From NCBI RefSeq assembly GCF_009914755.1, contig NC_060929.1: DNA of 64,000 bases. One strand, given 5' to 3'. The translations under genes were made by a program, and so were the position numbers. Origin of the DNA: the human T2T-CHM13v2.0 reference genome, Homo sapiens. The number at the start of each line of letters is the position of its first letter. Position 1 is the first letter of the stretch. Shown piece by piece: positions 44,970-63,560 of the stretch. Below the pieces are notes generated by a model. That model searched no databases. It worked only from the letters and a program-made list of their open reading frames with translations, and was not told the origin of the DNA.

Positions 44970-45789
44970 ACTGTCTTGTCTATTCATGATAGGACTCCTA
45001 TCAACAGAAAGAGAGTGCAAAGAGTAGACTCCAGCTCTTCAGAGAAGGAAGCAGAATTAAGGACACAGAGAAACCAAGCCTGGGAATTGTCAAAGATTAT
45101 GGAGAGAAATGGGGACTGCTCAGGATTGAGCCCTGGAAATATCTACAATATTTAAAGTGGGGTCAGGGCTTAGAGAAAAGGGTTTTTCATAAGCTTCAAC
45201 CTCAAATGTAGTTGCAACCTACTGATCTCTCTATATTTGACATTAAGATGCAGGTGGCTGTCCAGTGGGATTGCCAACAGCTGGGAACCATAATTTCAAC
45301 CAGCTGAGTGACAGATAGCCGATGTATATCCAGCAGCACAACTTCTGAGCCGTGACATCAATAAGCACAGGGAGACAGGATCAATAAAAATTCCAAAACC
45401 AAGATGACTGGAGTGAATTCCAAATAAAAAGGTGATATCTAAGGAATTAAAACCACGCAGAGGGAAAGGCAAAATCAGAGTTGTATCTTTAAGATTTTGT
45501 TGACTTGGAGGTGAGGTGGGTAGTGAATAAACATGCCTTGACTTGTCTAAAGTATTATTTGTTCTTCTGGACAGGGTGAGAATTGGGACCTTTTGCAAGT
45601 TTCTTGCAGGAAATAAAAAGCATACAGCAAAAGTCTACAACTTTCATGATAGACTTTGTGGACAAGTAGAGTTGCTTTAGTACCCAGGTAAGAAAGGACA
45701 CAGGCCCAGGTCTCAGGAGCAGATGTTGGTGATAACAGATCAGCCTTAGCAACAGACAGTGTCACCAATAGAAATTTCAGATATTTTCA

Positions 45790-46190
<401 letters not shown>

Positions 46191-46306
46191 TTATTTTATT
46201 TATGATTTGATTAAGACATCCATTTTTATAACTATTTCCTCAACATATTTGATTTTCTTTGTAATCTTATATATTTTATTTTATGCATTAAAAACATTAT
46301 TATTAG

Positions 46307-46440
46307 GGTCAGGCATAGTAGCTCATGCCTGTAATCCCAACACTTCGGGAGGCTGAGGCAGGAGGTTTGCTTGAGCCCAGGAGTTTGAGACCAGCCTGGG
46401 CAACATGGGAAGACCCCATCTCTATAAAACAAATAAAAAT
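46307..46440 (+). mobile_element. FLAM
   Basis: Left-monomer-only Alu. Confidence 0.85.
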
Positions 46441-49400
46441 ATTATTCTGAGAAGACTCCATAGGCTTCATTAGACTGTCAAAGGGGTCCAGACAGAAAAA
46501 AATATTAAGAACTCAGATAAAACAATCTATTATTCTGTCCTATTAATATCCATTCATTTAACAAATGCTTATTAGAACTTACTTTGTTATGTGCATAAAC
46601 CTCTAACTCAGAAAGTGTTTTGGAGGAATTTAGGGGAAGAGATTTAAAACGGAAACATAAAACATAGTAAAGCATAAATATAAACCACGACAGAAATGCT
46701 ACAAAAATAATGACACAACAAAAGCTGTAAATTTAGGGACAAATCCATTTGAAGGATTTCTTAGCACTATGTAATTTCTTACTGTTAAGCTTCTGATTAC
46801 TATATAATCAGGCTGACAAATGACTAATGCTGGGCAGGCTCAAACAAGTGAATTCGAGTTTTGTTTGGGACTCTGTCTCCCCTTCTTTGTGTAGAGTCTT
46901 ATGGAATTTTAATGGTCCTACCTCCCTTTGGGCCATCTCCCCTCTGGATGACTGACAAAAGCTTTATAATTTTTCTCATCTAGACTACAGACACTGGATG
47001 GAGTAATTACCTAGAAGCTTAGAGCACATTTATTTCATCTATCATTCATTTTTTTAAAATTATATTCACAACTGGAGAGAACACATAGATTTTACAAAAT
47101 GCCTAACATTTTGCTAATACAAAACTTGGAAAAAAAGAGAGGATAGGAAAAAATTAAAATCTGCCAAAATTCATAGAACTCACTTTTATGAGTTGATCAT
47201 TGATCATTTAAGGGAAATAGAATCATAATTATACTGGGCAGTAAATGTTGGCATTGATGAGTTTGGTTAAAAGGATCATTACATCAAAATTTGAATCTTA
47301 AAGTAGAAACCAAATGAATGAATGACAAGACTGCCAATGAAGGCTAGATGTTGATGGAAAAGAGCTAATGGCACAAATCACCAATCCCTGCAATGTGAAA
47401 AAGCCTGGAGCCAGGAGACATGGAAGTCCAGGGAGAAAAACGAGCAAGCTGTCCCAATAGGCAGTGGAGGAGGTTGGAATATGTTTCTTCCTCTTTCAGC
47501 CCACGCAGACACAAATGGGCAGAAAACACTGATGTTGGTGAGGTTACGTTTCCCTGATTCTAATGCTGACTTCAGCCATCCTACCTAAAAACTTTAGAGT
47601 AGTATATTAGAAACAATAAAATGGAATGTTTGCATTTGGGGGCATTCAAAAGGAAGTCTAAGAATAATCTTTATTCTTCTCAACCGCCCCAGCCTCCATA
47701 CACATACACACACACAATATCCCCGCTGATTAGAAGCCATTCACTTGATAGTTACATTTACAGAGATAATTTCATTCTGATTATAATTTCTCTTTCTTTT
47801 AAAAACTAGGTCAGGAACATGTTCTTCCATACTTTTATACTCAATAGTTGGTTTTTGTTTTGTTTTGTTTTCCATTTTAACGTAAAAACATTTGTAATGG
47901 CAGTCTTTCTACCTTTTAGAGAGATTTTTTTTCACCAAAATACATGAAACAAAAAAGTATTTGGACTTAAACATGGCATTAAACTCCCAGATGCTGAAAT
48001 TGGTTATTAGCAAATCTACTACTGTTGTCATCAAGATCTTAGAAGGAGGTAGGTGTTAAAAAAAAAAAATTCTGAATCCTCCTTTATAGCTAAATAATGT
48101 AGTGGATGCTGTAACCCATAGTTTATCTCTTCTGAAACCTTCCCCAGCAACTCAGCAAAGGAAATTAAAATCCTAATTAAACTCTTTTTGTTAGATGTAG
48201 CAATGAAGACAGTGCTTTCACCCTCACCAGAATAATATTGTGTTAAAATGATTAGAACACAACAAATGCTACCCTGTCTCAGACCAAGGCTCTAAATAAT
48301 CATTTCTTACAATGACACTGACAATACCCTGTGATTTGCTGTGTCAAACTCCAGAGACTTATGTTGGACTCTGAACACCCTTCATGTTTTATTATGAGTA
48401 TGTCATCTCTTAACTTATCTACAGAGTCATTAAAAACATACCTATTGTTTTGTCTACCCAGCAACTATTTTCCAGAAATTGCCTCACCCCATTGCCCAAT
48501 CTGGAGAGTGGCAGCAGGATTTGCAATATTCCCATAATGTGACCCTGCCCCAAGTCATGCTTAATTGGTCTGAAGGTGGGCATCTAAACTTAATTAAATC
48601 TATTGGTCCCTTCCTCAGGAATGTAAAACTGGAATGAGAAACGATCATCTCTCTCTAGGTGACCAGTCTATAAATGCCAACTTCAGAACTGTTTCTGCTA
48701 CGTGTGGACTGCAAACAAGAAAGCTGATCTGCATTGAGAAAGTAAAGCAGATGTGGGGAGAGGGGCAGAGAGAAGGGTCAAAAGGAGAAGAATTTGGGGG
48801 TTTTCTTTTGTGCTCCACTTCGGGTGGTTCTATGCCTGAAGTTCTTGTGTCTCTTGGATTCTATTAATTACTTCAGTAATTCTCCAATAAATCCACCCTT
48901 TTTATTTGTAAGCTAGTTTGAGTTGGGCTTTGATTCCTCACACCAAAATAATAAAAACCCTAACTAATATTCATGTATTCAATAAATTTTTATTTATTTA
49001 ATATTTAACATATAAATTATTTCTATTTTAACATGTTGTATCTCTTGAAAACACAAGTTTCATAAGCTTTTAACTCATTTCATCTAAAGAACATATCTTT
49101 CAAGTGTCAAAAAATGCCTTCTAATCTGAGATTTGATGTTAATTTTGTGTTCCCCATATGTTTAATTATTGAAGAACCTTGTTCATATCCTCCCAAGCCT
49201 TAGTCTATTTAGTTCAGTTCAGTTCACGCATTTTTGATCATCTACTTTGTGCCAGACAATGATGTGGTGATGTAAACTCAAAGATGAAAGAAGAGATTTC
49301 ACAATCTAGTGGAAGAAAAATATTTGTAAATGAATAATTAAGATGTAATGTGCCAAGAAGTAACACAGAGGTGCAGTCACGTATTAACAAGGGAGTTTTT

Positions 49401-49599
49401 AACATTCTGGCTAGCAACAGACACCTATTTTTTCCCCAACACTCATCCTCCAATTTTTCTAGAAATTTCTCTTTTATCTTCCCCATCTTTACCATAGTAT
49501 TCCTTTTCTTCACCCAAGAGAGATGAATGTCATGTGATCTATTCTGTCTCTGCTCTGGCTACAAAGACTAGGAAACGAATGCAAGCTGTGCAAATTAGA

Positions 49600-50153
49600 G
49601 TGCCTTGATATCTAGCCCCCAAAATTAACCCCAAAGATTCTCACCTCCTGTTATTCATACACTTATGTAGTCTCTTCCTACACTGAATGGGTCTGCCCTA
49701 TGTAACTATCAGGATATTAAGGAGAAACAGAGTATGACTTCAATGTCTAAGTCATAGAAGATGCTATAGTTTCCACCTTGCTCCTTTGGGTCATTCACTC
49801 TGGGGAAAGCCAGATGCCATGTCACGAGAGTCCTCAAGCAACCATATGGAAGTGTCACATGGCATGGAACTGAGGTCTCTTGGAAACAACCTTCATTAAC
49901 TTACCAGAATTGTGAGTGAGTATAGTTGGAAATGGATCCTCCAGCCTAGTTAATCCTTTAGATGACTGCAGCTCCAGCTGACATCTGAACTGCAACTTCA
50001 TTTGAGACACCCCCTTCAAGACAGAACCATCCAGCTAAGCTGTTCCTAAATTCATTTTGCACAAAAACTGTGTAATATAACAAATGTTTATTGTTGTTTA
50101 AAGCTGCTAAGTGTGGGCATAATTTATTACACAAGAACAGGTAATTAATATCA
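49600..50153 (+). mobile_element. MLT1F/G/H-like LTR
   Basis: 'ggggaaagccagatgccatgt...ggaactgagg...agatgactgcagctccagctgacatct...gtaattaata'. Confidence 0.75.
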
Positions 50154-50598
50154 TAGCCCTTTGGAACTAATTTTTCCAAGAATGGGCAAATAACCTGTTA
50201 GGGCAATGAGTAATTTCCCCCAAATTTTTTGATGGGCTATCACAGAGAACATAAAGATAGTTTCTTTGATAGCTACACATATAAGATGTCAAACTTCGAT
50301 GCTTCCTGTGACCATGTTTCCACCAGGTGGAGAAAGCCAGTCTAAAGTGAAAGAGAATGAAGTTGACACAGAGAGAAACAGAATGGCAGAGAGAAAGCCA
50401 TTAGGGTGTTGGGGTCCTTCATTCTAACTATTCCTGAGACTCTGCTGGATCTTGCTTTTTCTTTGGGTATTTGACCCTTCTTCAGAGTCCTCCATCCAGA
50501 TGCCATTGCCTCAAGGCCTTTGTATGTCCTGGTCATCTCTCCTTTTTTTCTCTTGGCCCAATCCTTCACTTTAGTTGGTGTGCAAATGTCATCTCACT

Positions 50599-50759
50599 GG
50601 CTGCACACAGTGGTTCACACCTGTAATCCCAGCACTTTCAGAGGCTGAGGCAGGAAGATCACTTAAGCCCTAGAAGTCTAGGCAGTAATGAGCTGTGACC
50701 ATGCCACTGAACTCCAGCCTACGTGACAGAGACTCTGTCTCAAAAAAGAAAAAAAAAAA
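50599..50759 (+). mobile_element. Alu monomer (FRAM or left/right fusion)
   Basis: Left-monomer start joined to right-monomer end, with poly(A). Confidence 0.8.
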
Positions 50760-53700
50760 GTCATATCACCAATGAGATCTGACCACCCTGCCTAAAATAG
50801 ATTATCCAGTGTGTGGTAGTTTTGTAATGTGTCAACCTGCATAGGTGGAACATTTCCTAGAATTCATTTTCTGGTATGCTTCTAGTTAGAGTGGGTCACA
50901 AGGAAGATTCTTGAGAAATTTGGAGGGTGGTAGGGAAACGGTGGCCATTTTGTAGCTCACACCTACATTATTGCTGATCTGCTGACTCACTTCATTGGTG
51001 TGAAGCAGTAGCAGGGCTTGTGCCTGCAGTTGCTCTAACTTCCCCTGGATTTTCCCTCAGCTCCTCCCACCCCCGCCAGGTCGCTGGGCTGAGGAGCCCT
51101 CACTTTTACAGGATATCCTCATCACAAAGGCCAGAGGCAATAAGAATAAACATGGGTTTCCATCTGTCCTTGTCCACTTGTCCTTTCACATATATGAAAT
51201 TCTAATAAGATTTTGAAAGATAAATAGGTTTTCATCAGATGGAAGAGAATTGGGTGAGAAAAATGCATCAAGCTAAGAAACAAGCAGATTAAAAGACAAA
51301 GAAGTGTGAAATGATTCATGAGGAAACATGTTTTTCCTAGAACACAAATTGCAGAGGTAGTGGTAAGATGAAAAATTAAAGAGGTAATATAAACCAAATG
51401 CTGAAATGTGTTATATACCCTAAAAAGGAGTTTCAACTTAATCTTATGAGTAAACATTTACAAAAATTTTTTGTGCATAATAATTCCTTTCTAGAAATAA
51501 AAGTTAAAAATGCATCTCCAGAGACTCTGATTCATTAAATCTGTGATATGGCCTAGAAAACTGTATTTTTAATATGTCATCCAAATGATTCTGGTCAAAG
51601 GCAATCTAAGATCACACTTTGATAAACATCATAGAACAATGGGGAGCCCCTGGAGAGTTTTAAGCAGGAGTGTCACCTGATAAGATCTGAATTTCCAAAA
51701 GATAACTTTAGATGCAGTTTAACAAAATGGATTTCAGGAAGGTAAATCTGGATATAGAGAGATATATTAGGAGATTTTTTTTTGGTGTAATAATCCAAAT
51801 GAGAAGTAATGGCAGCCTTAATTAAGGCAGTAGAAATAGCAAGAAGATTATGGAGAGAAGTAATATTTAGGAAGGGTGAAGGGAGGAGGAGAATCCAAGA
51901 TGAATCCCCAAATTTTTATTTGAGTAATTAGATAAATTATAAAATAGAAAATGTAGACAGAAACACAGATTCTGAGGTTGGAATGTATTTTTTAAGTGAT
52001 GAGTTCAGTATGATGGATTTTAAGTTCAATATGCCTGTATGCTATTTCAGGCAAGATGCATAGTAGACACACATACGTTACATATGGATTGTTACTCAGG
52101 AACATTTTTTCTCTACATTTGATATTTTCATGCTGTGAGACCTCTGTTAGAGCAACACTTCAGTTCTCCTTTTTCCTCCTCATTCACTACTTTCCACAGA
52201 GGACAGAGGCAACTGGTAGGTGAATTTGGAGGAAATGATCGAGGCATGTGTGGCTTGACCCATTTTTTCTCCTTCCTTTGAGATCTGCCTACTTGTAGAT
52301 TCAGTTGTGAGTATGGGCACGTATGTGCAGAAAATAAAATATTGAAAGAGCCTGGAGGACAGGAGACAAACCAGAAGGTATAAGGCTGTGCAGGCAGCTG
52401 CCATCTAACAGAAGTGATATCCTTTCAGAGAGGGTGTCAGGAATGGAGGCTGGACAAGGTCCTTAGCAGAGGGAAGTAGGTGTGGGGGCAGGGTGACTCT
52501 GAGAAGTATCCAGAGGAAACCTAACTCACCATCTTGGCCAAATTCAACCACAGAGGACAGGACCGGACAGAGTCAGAGGGAGACCAGACCTATAAGGCAA
52601 TCCCTGCCTTCCCTTCTAGTGAACTTCAACCTAGTGAACCAGAAAAGGGAGGGGAGGAAGAGTGAAAGAGCTGACTTTGAAGGTGCTTGGACCATGAGTC
52701 AAGCCTCAGATGGGGAAGTAGAGACGTGATTGGAGTCATAATCGAATTCTCCAGCTTTTTTGCTAACTACAGGGTAAGCAAGCTGTGGGATCTGCTTGAC
52801 ACATCATGGAGGAGCAAAAGAGAGCTGATATAGAACAGTTGAGGACAGAGATGGGGGAAAAATAAAATCTTAATGTTTATACCCCCTTCAGGTTCATTCT
52901 GTTTAATAAGTTGGTGATGGTCAGCTGGGCATTTTTCTGGGTTTGAAGGTCATGATATTTTCGAAGAGTTATATGATCCCGTAAAGGTAAAGAATGCCTT
53001 GTGAGAAGAAATGAGGAAAGAGGACCAAACCCAGGAGTGTATCAATATTAAAGGGTCAAGAGTGGGAAGAAGAGCCAGGAAGGAAGACTAACAAATCAGA
53101 AGAATCAAGCCAAGGGAGGGGTTCAAGAAGGAAGCAGTTCTACAGTGAGTTATGCTGCATAAATGCCACCTGATGATCCCAAGCTCCAGCAGCTGGTGGA
53201 TACAAATCTGATCACATTAATCTCCAACTTCACAACCACCCATCTATACAATTGCTGTCACCCTTCTCCCTTAAAGTCTCCTTTTCTGGGAGCCCTTCAA
53301 GATAGCATTCTTTCTTTGGTGCCTTTTAATGCCCCCATTGGCCCAAAGCACAAAATCTTGAATGAGCTAAAAAGACTGCATTTAACTTATTCTTCCATGT
53401 GGTGAATCCACATTCTCTTTCTTACACAAATGGGGGAGTATGATAGCAGAGACTGCTAGTTGTACTTCAATATCCTTTTTGTTTGTTTGCTGGTCCCAAG
53501 CCAACAAGAATAAAGACTGTATAACCTAGCTTTCCTTGAAGTTAGGTATGGCAATGTGATTAGACTCTTGCAACAGACTGTGAGCAAAAGTAGCGCATAC
53601 AACTACCAGGATAGTTCCTTTTCCTTCTTCCAGCTGGCTGGAATATGAATGCTGAAGTTACAGTAGCCATCTTAGACCACAGGTAAACTTGAAAATGAGG

Positions 53701-54335
53701 AGGCTGAACCTATTGACACTGATATGTACCTCCTAGCTCTCTCTTCAGTGAAGGCTGTCGGGAGTGATGTCAGTAGACATCCCACAGCTTTCTTTCCCTT
53801 TAGCTGCAGAGAGCCACCTTGCTCAAGGTCATACTCATTCCCAGGTGGCTTATACCTAACGCCAAATCAATGCTGGGATATAAAGTCCTGGCCATTTTGG
53901 CCTAATTCAAGACAACTCTGAGAGGCCTTTTCAGCTCCAGCGTCCCATGGGGTTGGCCATGGCGATCACAGGCCTGCATCATAGCTTCACTCTCTTCTGC
54001 CTGCCCCAGCTATTCCTCAAACCAGCCAGATAGCCTTAGTGTGGCTGCAGTTTCAGGTTGCAGTGCTCATTGTCCAGATAGTCAGGCAGACTGACTTCCT
54101 CACAACACTCTTGACGTCTTCATCCTCTTCTGTTGTTTTTTTTTCCCATAAACCTGCCATCCTCTAACATGCTGTATAATATAGTTAGTTGTTTATTGTG
54201 TTTTGATTTACTTTCTTTCTCCCCCATGTAAGGCCCATGAGGAGAGGAATCTTTGTTTTGTGCCCTGATATACCCCCAACACCTATAGTGATGCCTGGCA
54301 CAGAGCAGGCATTCAATAAGTATTTGTTCTTATGG

Positions 54336-54668
54336 GTTTTTTTGTTTGTTTTTTTGTGTGGTTTTGTTTTGTTTTGTTTTGTTTTTTCACGAAGCCTTGC
54401 TCTGTTCCCCAGACTGGAGTGCAGCAGCATGATCTTGGCTCACTGCAACTTCTACCTCTTGGGTTCAACTGATTCTTCTGCCTCAGCCTCCCAAGTAGCT
54501 GAGATTACAGGTGCGTGCCACCACACCCGGCTAATTTTTGTATCTTTTAGTAGAGACAGGGTTTCATCATGTTGGCCAGACTGCTCTCAAATTGCTGACC
54601 TCAGGTGATCCACCCGCCTAGGCCTCCCAAAGTGCTGGGATCACAGGCGTAAACCACCACACCCAGCC
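54336..54668 (-). mobile_element. AluS-like inserted in an L2 3' end (about 54100-54700)
   Basis: TSD TCAATAAGTATT(T/C)GTT; L2 tail 'gttgaatgaatgaa' resumes after the Alu. Confidence 0.92.
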
Positions 54669-55450
54669 TCAATAAGTATTCGTTGAATGAATGAATAAGT
54701 GAATAATTCTCTGACGATAATTTTGCAAATATCCACTTATTAGGGCCCTCAATTTCAAAAAGTTGGAAAGAAATTTTCGGCAGCAGATTAACTGAGTATA
54801 TACATTCTATATCATCCAATAACAAAAGATTGATCATGTACTTTTATGGAGTGCTGTAAATCTCTCCTTGTATAACCTAGGCTTATTAACATTTTCATAT
54901 ATATACCTCTAGATATTAGAGTTACCTTATTTCACATGAGATGTCTACTGAAAAGATTGATTTTCCCTAAAATATTAACAGGAAATTTAGAAAAAGCAAC
55001 CCTGAAATTCTCAAGTGTGGTGATCCAGGACAGCTTCCTGGCTTACATTATAGGGTACAGTTACTTCTAACAGGAACTGTCTGTTCTCAAGTACAATTCA
55101 TTGCAATTGAGTTGTTGGAAACTTTGTTTTGCTTCATATTACCTGCTTCTGAAAGAAGTCAGTATTTGTGAGGTTTCAGGAAGATTCATTTGAAGTCAGC
55201 ATTCCAATAAAAACATGAACTAGATCAGCTGAGCACCCATTGAGTTGGACTGATGATTTATTTCTGTAGCTCTGAATTCTCAGGGGGCTTTCCTCTCCTG
55301 GGCAAGTTCTTTTTTTCACAATTTGTCTTAAGAGTTAGTAAAGGTTACATAAATGTCATTATGTCCTTCCAATTCAAGTGAATTAGAAAGGCAGTCATGA
55401 TATGATTGAGTGTGATTAAAACCAAACTTTTTATATAAAACAAAGAAAAT

Positions 55451-55750
<300 letters not shown>

Positions 55751-56035
55751 AATTCCAAAATATTTATGAGTAAAATAGATCATTGGACTGCCTAGGAATA
55801 ACATCTTTATCATTTATTAACAAATTATTAATTACGAATATGGGGTGGTGAGAGTACAGATGTTATTGTACTACTCTTTTGACTTTTTTGATATGTTAAT
55901 AACTTCAAGGAATAAAGGTACATAAACCATCACTAAAGTTCTTTTCTTACCCCTAGAGCAATGTTGCTTCCAATCAATCTACCCATCACTCTTTCATGCT
56001 CCAGAAAGCATGCAGGGATCAGAATGTAATTTTAA

Positions 56036-56422
<387 letters not shown>

Positions 56423-56436
56423 TTAGTAAGAGAGAA

Positions 56437-57792
<1,356 letters not shown>

Positions 57793-58811
57793 TTGGGGAA
57801 AAAACAGAGCAGAAAAACTGAAAAATTCTAAAAAGCAGAGCGCCTCTCCTCCTCCAAAGGAATGCAGGTCCTCACCAGCAACGGAACAAAGCTGGACGGA
57901 GAATGACTTTGACGAGTCGAGAGAAGAAGGCTTCAGATGATCAAACTACTCCGAGCTAAAGGAGGAAGTTCGAACCCATGGCAAAGAAGTTAAAAACCTT
58001 GAAAAAAGATTAGATGAATGGATAACTAGAATAACCAATGCAAAGAAGTCCTTAAAGGACCTGATGGAGCTGAAAACCATGGCACGAGAACTACATGATG
58101 AATGCACAAGCCTCAGTAGCCTATTCAATCATCTGGAAGACAGGGTATCAGTGATAGAAGATCAAATGAATGAAATGAAGTGAGAAGAGAAGATTAGAGA
58201 AAAAAGGCTAAAAAGAAACAGTTAAACCAAGCCTCCAAGAAATATGGGACTATGTGAAAAGACCAAATCAATGTCTGATTGGTGTACCTGAAAGTGATGG
58301 GGAGAATGGAACCAAGTTGGAAAACACTCTGCAGGATATTATCCAGAACTTCCCCAATCTAGCAAGGCAGGCCAACATTCAAATTCAGGAAGTACAGAGA
58401 ATACCACAAACATACTCCTTGAGAAGAGCAACTCCAAGACACATAATTGTCAGATTCACCAAAGTTGAAATGAAGGAAAAAATGTTAAGGGCAGCCAGAG
58501 AGAAAGGTCAGGTTACCCACAAAGGGAAGCCCATCAGACTAACAGCTGATCTCTCAGCAGAAACTCTAGAAGCCAGAAGAGAGTGGGGGCCAATATTCAA
58601 CATTCTTAAAGCAGAGAATTTTCAACCCAGAATTTCATATCCAGCCAAACTAAGCTTCATAAGTGAAGGAGAAATAAAATCCTTTATAGACAAGCAAATG
58701 CTGAGAGATTTTGTCACCACCAGGCCTGCCCTAAAAGAGCTCCTGAAGGAAGCACTAAACATGGAAAGGAACAACCGGTACCAGCCACTGCAAAAACATG
58801 CCAAATTGTAA
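57793..58811 (+). pseudogene. L1 ORF1p, disrupted
   Basis: Start ATG changed to TTG at 57793, with internal stops and frameshifts; C-terminal part in ORF 58254-58811 (…RATPRHIIVRF…YPAKLSF…HAKL*). Confidence 0.95.
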
Positions 58812-58874
58812 AGACCATTGAGGCTAGGAAGAAACTGCATCAACTAACGAGCAAAATAACCAGCTAACATCATA

Positions 58875-61074
<2,200 letters not shown>

Positions 61075-61380
61075 AAAATTTATTTATTTTTTGCTTCTTA
61101 CTCATCCCATAGTTTACTGCAATTCAATGGGAAGAGGAGCAGTATGGTGGAGGCTTGGCTCCACACAGTCATTCAGGAATCCAGATTCTTTCCAGCTTTT
61201 GGCTCTACCCTTTTCTAGGAGTCTTGTCCTTCAGCTGATAGATGAAGAAAGAAAAGGAGAAAAGTGCACGGGAGGTTAGATAGCTTAAAAGGCCAGACAT
61301 CAATTCTTCATTAGCCAGAACTCAGTCATCTGGCCACAGTAAATCAAGCTGATAAGCACTAGCAGTCTCTGCAACACATT
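61075..61380 (-). mobile_element. MLT1-like LTR fragment
   Basis: 'ctccacacagtcattcaggaatccag...cattagccagaactcagtcatctggccac'. Confidence 0.65.
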
Positions 61381-61615
61381 TATAAAGCATTTGTGATTTT
61401 CAAATTTTCCATTATCCATGACCTGTGACACTCTAGTACCATTCTTCAATTTGTAACAACTAAAAAATCATCTTTATTAAAGATTCAAAAAGAGCTGTGG
61501 TCGCTCCACTTCAATAAAAGTCTCTGTAGGGTTTGGGGTTTTTGTTTTGTTTTACTTGTTGTTATTGTTGTTTTGTTTTGATTCAGTTTTATGTCTTTAA
61601 AAAATAAGGGCTTTA

Positions 61616-61907
<292 letters not shown>

Positions 61908-61940
61908 AGAGGGTGGGGGGGCTTTCACAAAAAACAGAAT

Positions 61941-62071
61941 GCCAGGTGCAGTGGCACATGCCTGTAATCCCAGCCACTCGGGAGGCTGAGGTGGGAAGAT
62001 AACTTGAACTCAGGAGTTCAAGACCAGTCTGGGCAACATAGTGAGACCCCATCTTAAAAACAAGAAAAAAA
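61941..62071 (+). mobile_element. FLAM
   Basis: Monomeric Alu; AAAACAGAA on both sides. Confidence 0.85.
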
Positions 62072-63136
62072 ATTAATCAGTTAAAAAAGAAAACAGAACC
62101 ACAATATCAGTATCATACATAATAAAACTAATTCCTTAATATATCTAATACTCCGTATGTGTACAAATTTCCCTGATTGTTCTTCAAAAGTATTTTCATT
62201 TAGTAGTTCTTTTATTTTCCAGACATTTTATTGGTAGCTATGTCATACATAGTTCCGGCAACTGGCCATGCCACTGCTCCATCTTCCCAAAACCTCTGCA
62301 GGATCCATTTACTTCTTTTTGAACTGATCTGACTGAATTTGTCATAACTACAGCCCTACAACTTCAAAACCATAAACTAAACCTTCATGGGTTTGCTGAG
62401 ACCAGCTTGTGGTTTTTCTGTGTTTTCTTTTCTACACGTAGTCTTCATCCATTGTCTAAGCTACTACTCTTAACCATAGCACTGGCTAGCACTTCAAAGG
62501 CCACAAATGCCTCAAGGCTTGGGGCTACTCCTGCAACATTCTCTTCAGGTAATATGATTTAAAGGTAAATGCTTCTACACCCTCAGAAAAATGACTCCTT
62601 CAAGAATTCTGAAATCCTTATGTTCAATAATAAGGACATATATTTACTCAATGACTTCAAACAGCGTCTCATCTTCAGATTGTTGTTGGGATGTTAGAGA
62701 AAACAATGCGTTTATTTCAAAGTAAAAATTTAAATACCAAATTTTTTATGTCTTTAAATGTAGCAGAAATACTTCTCATTAAGAGGTTAGAAAATAAGCT
62801 GAAATCATTCCCCTAAGCTGCTTTATATCTTTAGCACCATCTCTCCTAGTACTCGCTTAAACAGTAAAATGAAGCTTCATAGGAGATTTCAGAAAATAGT
62901 CCTAGAAGCTGACTTGTAATATATCTGCTAACAAGACAATCTTAAATTCTTCTAAGGATTCTACTGCCCTACAGAAATTTGCACCTCAGTGATTTCAGCT
63001 TCTGCCATAAACTTTGCCAAAGCACAGACAAATTAAAATCCCAACCTAGGATCCATTTATTGTCCATAACACATGACATTGACAATATCCTGCAGAGCCG
63101 AAGGCAGTACTGACACCCATAAATGACTTGGCACTT

Positions 63137-63560
63137 GTATTAGTTGAGATTTTCAGTGGCAGGTAGCAGAAAATCTAGCTTAAACTAGCTGAAACATTGA
63201 AGTGAATGTATGGATTATGCTGCAGAAAAACTAAAAGATATATCTGATTCCAAATAGCTTTCATTCAGCCCAGGAACTCAAGAATTAGGACAGGTATGCA
63301 GTTTCTTTTGGCTCCACTCCTCCAGGGTCGACTCCCTTTCACCAGGCCCTCTTCTTGTGGTCACACGATGGCTGCCAACAACTGTGGAGCTACTTTTTTC
63401 CAGAGAACTGGGAGTTTGCTTCCCCAACTCAAATCAACCTGAGAATTGAGACTCTTTGCCTCTTATTGGTCTGGAGTGGGGGAATGTTTTCATCCATGAA
63501 CCAATCATTGGCGGGAAGGATGGGGGAGAATGACCTACACTGATTGCCTAATCAGACTAC
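63137..63560 (-). mobile_element. MLT1-like LTR
   Basis: 'tgtattagttgagattttcagtggcaggtagcagaaaatc...gtggtcacacgatggctgcca...tgaaccaatca'. Confidence 0.65.

Noticed and set aside
54775-54840. TTCGGCAGCA similarity to the U6 snRNA 5' end
   Set aside because: Only about 10 nt match and the rest does not align.
62240-62450. Resemblance to MRPS14 (RLR...VMT...HGQL) or LLPH
   Set aside because: Spacing differs and the matching residues use unrelated codons with poor nucleotide similarity; likely chance, so no gene was assigned.
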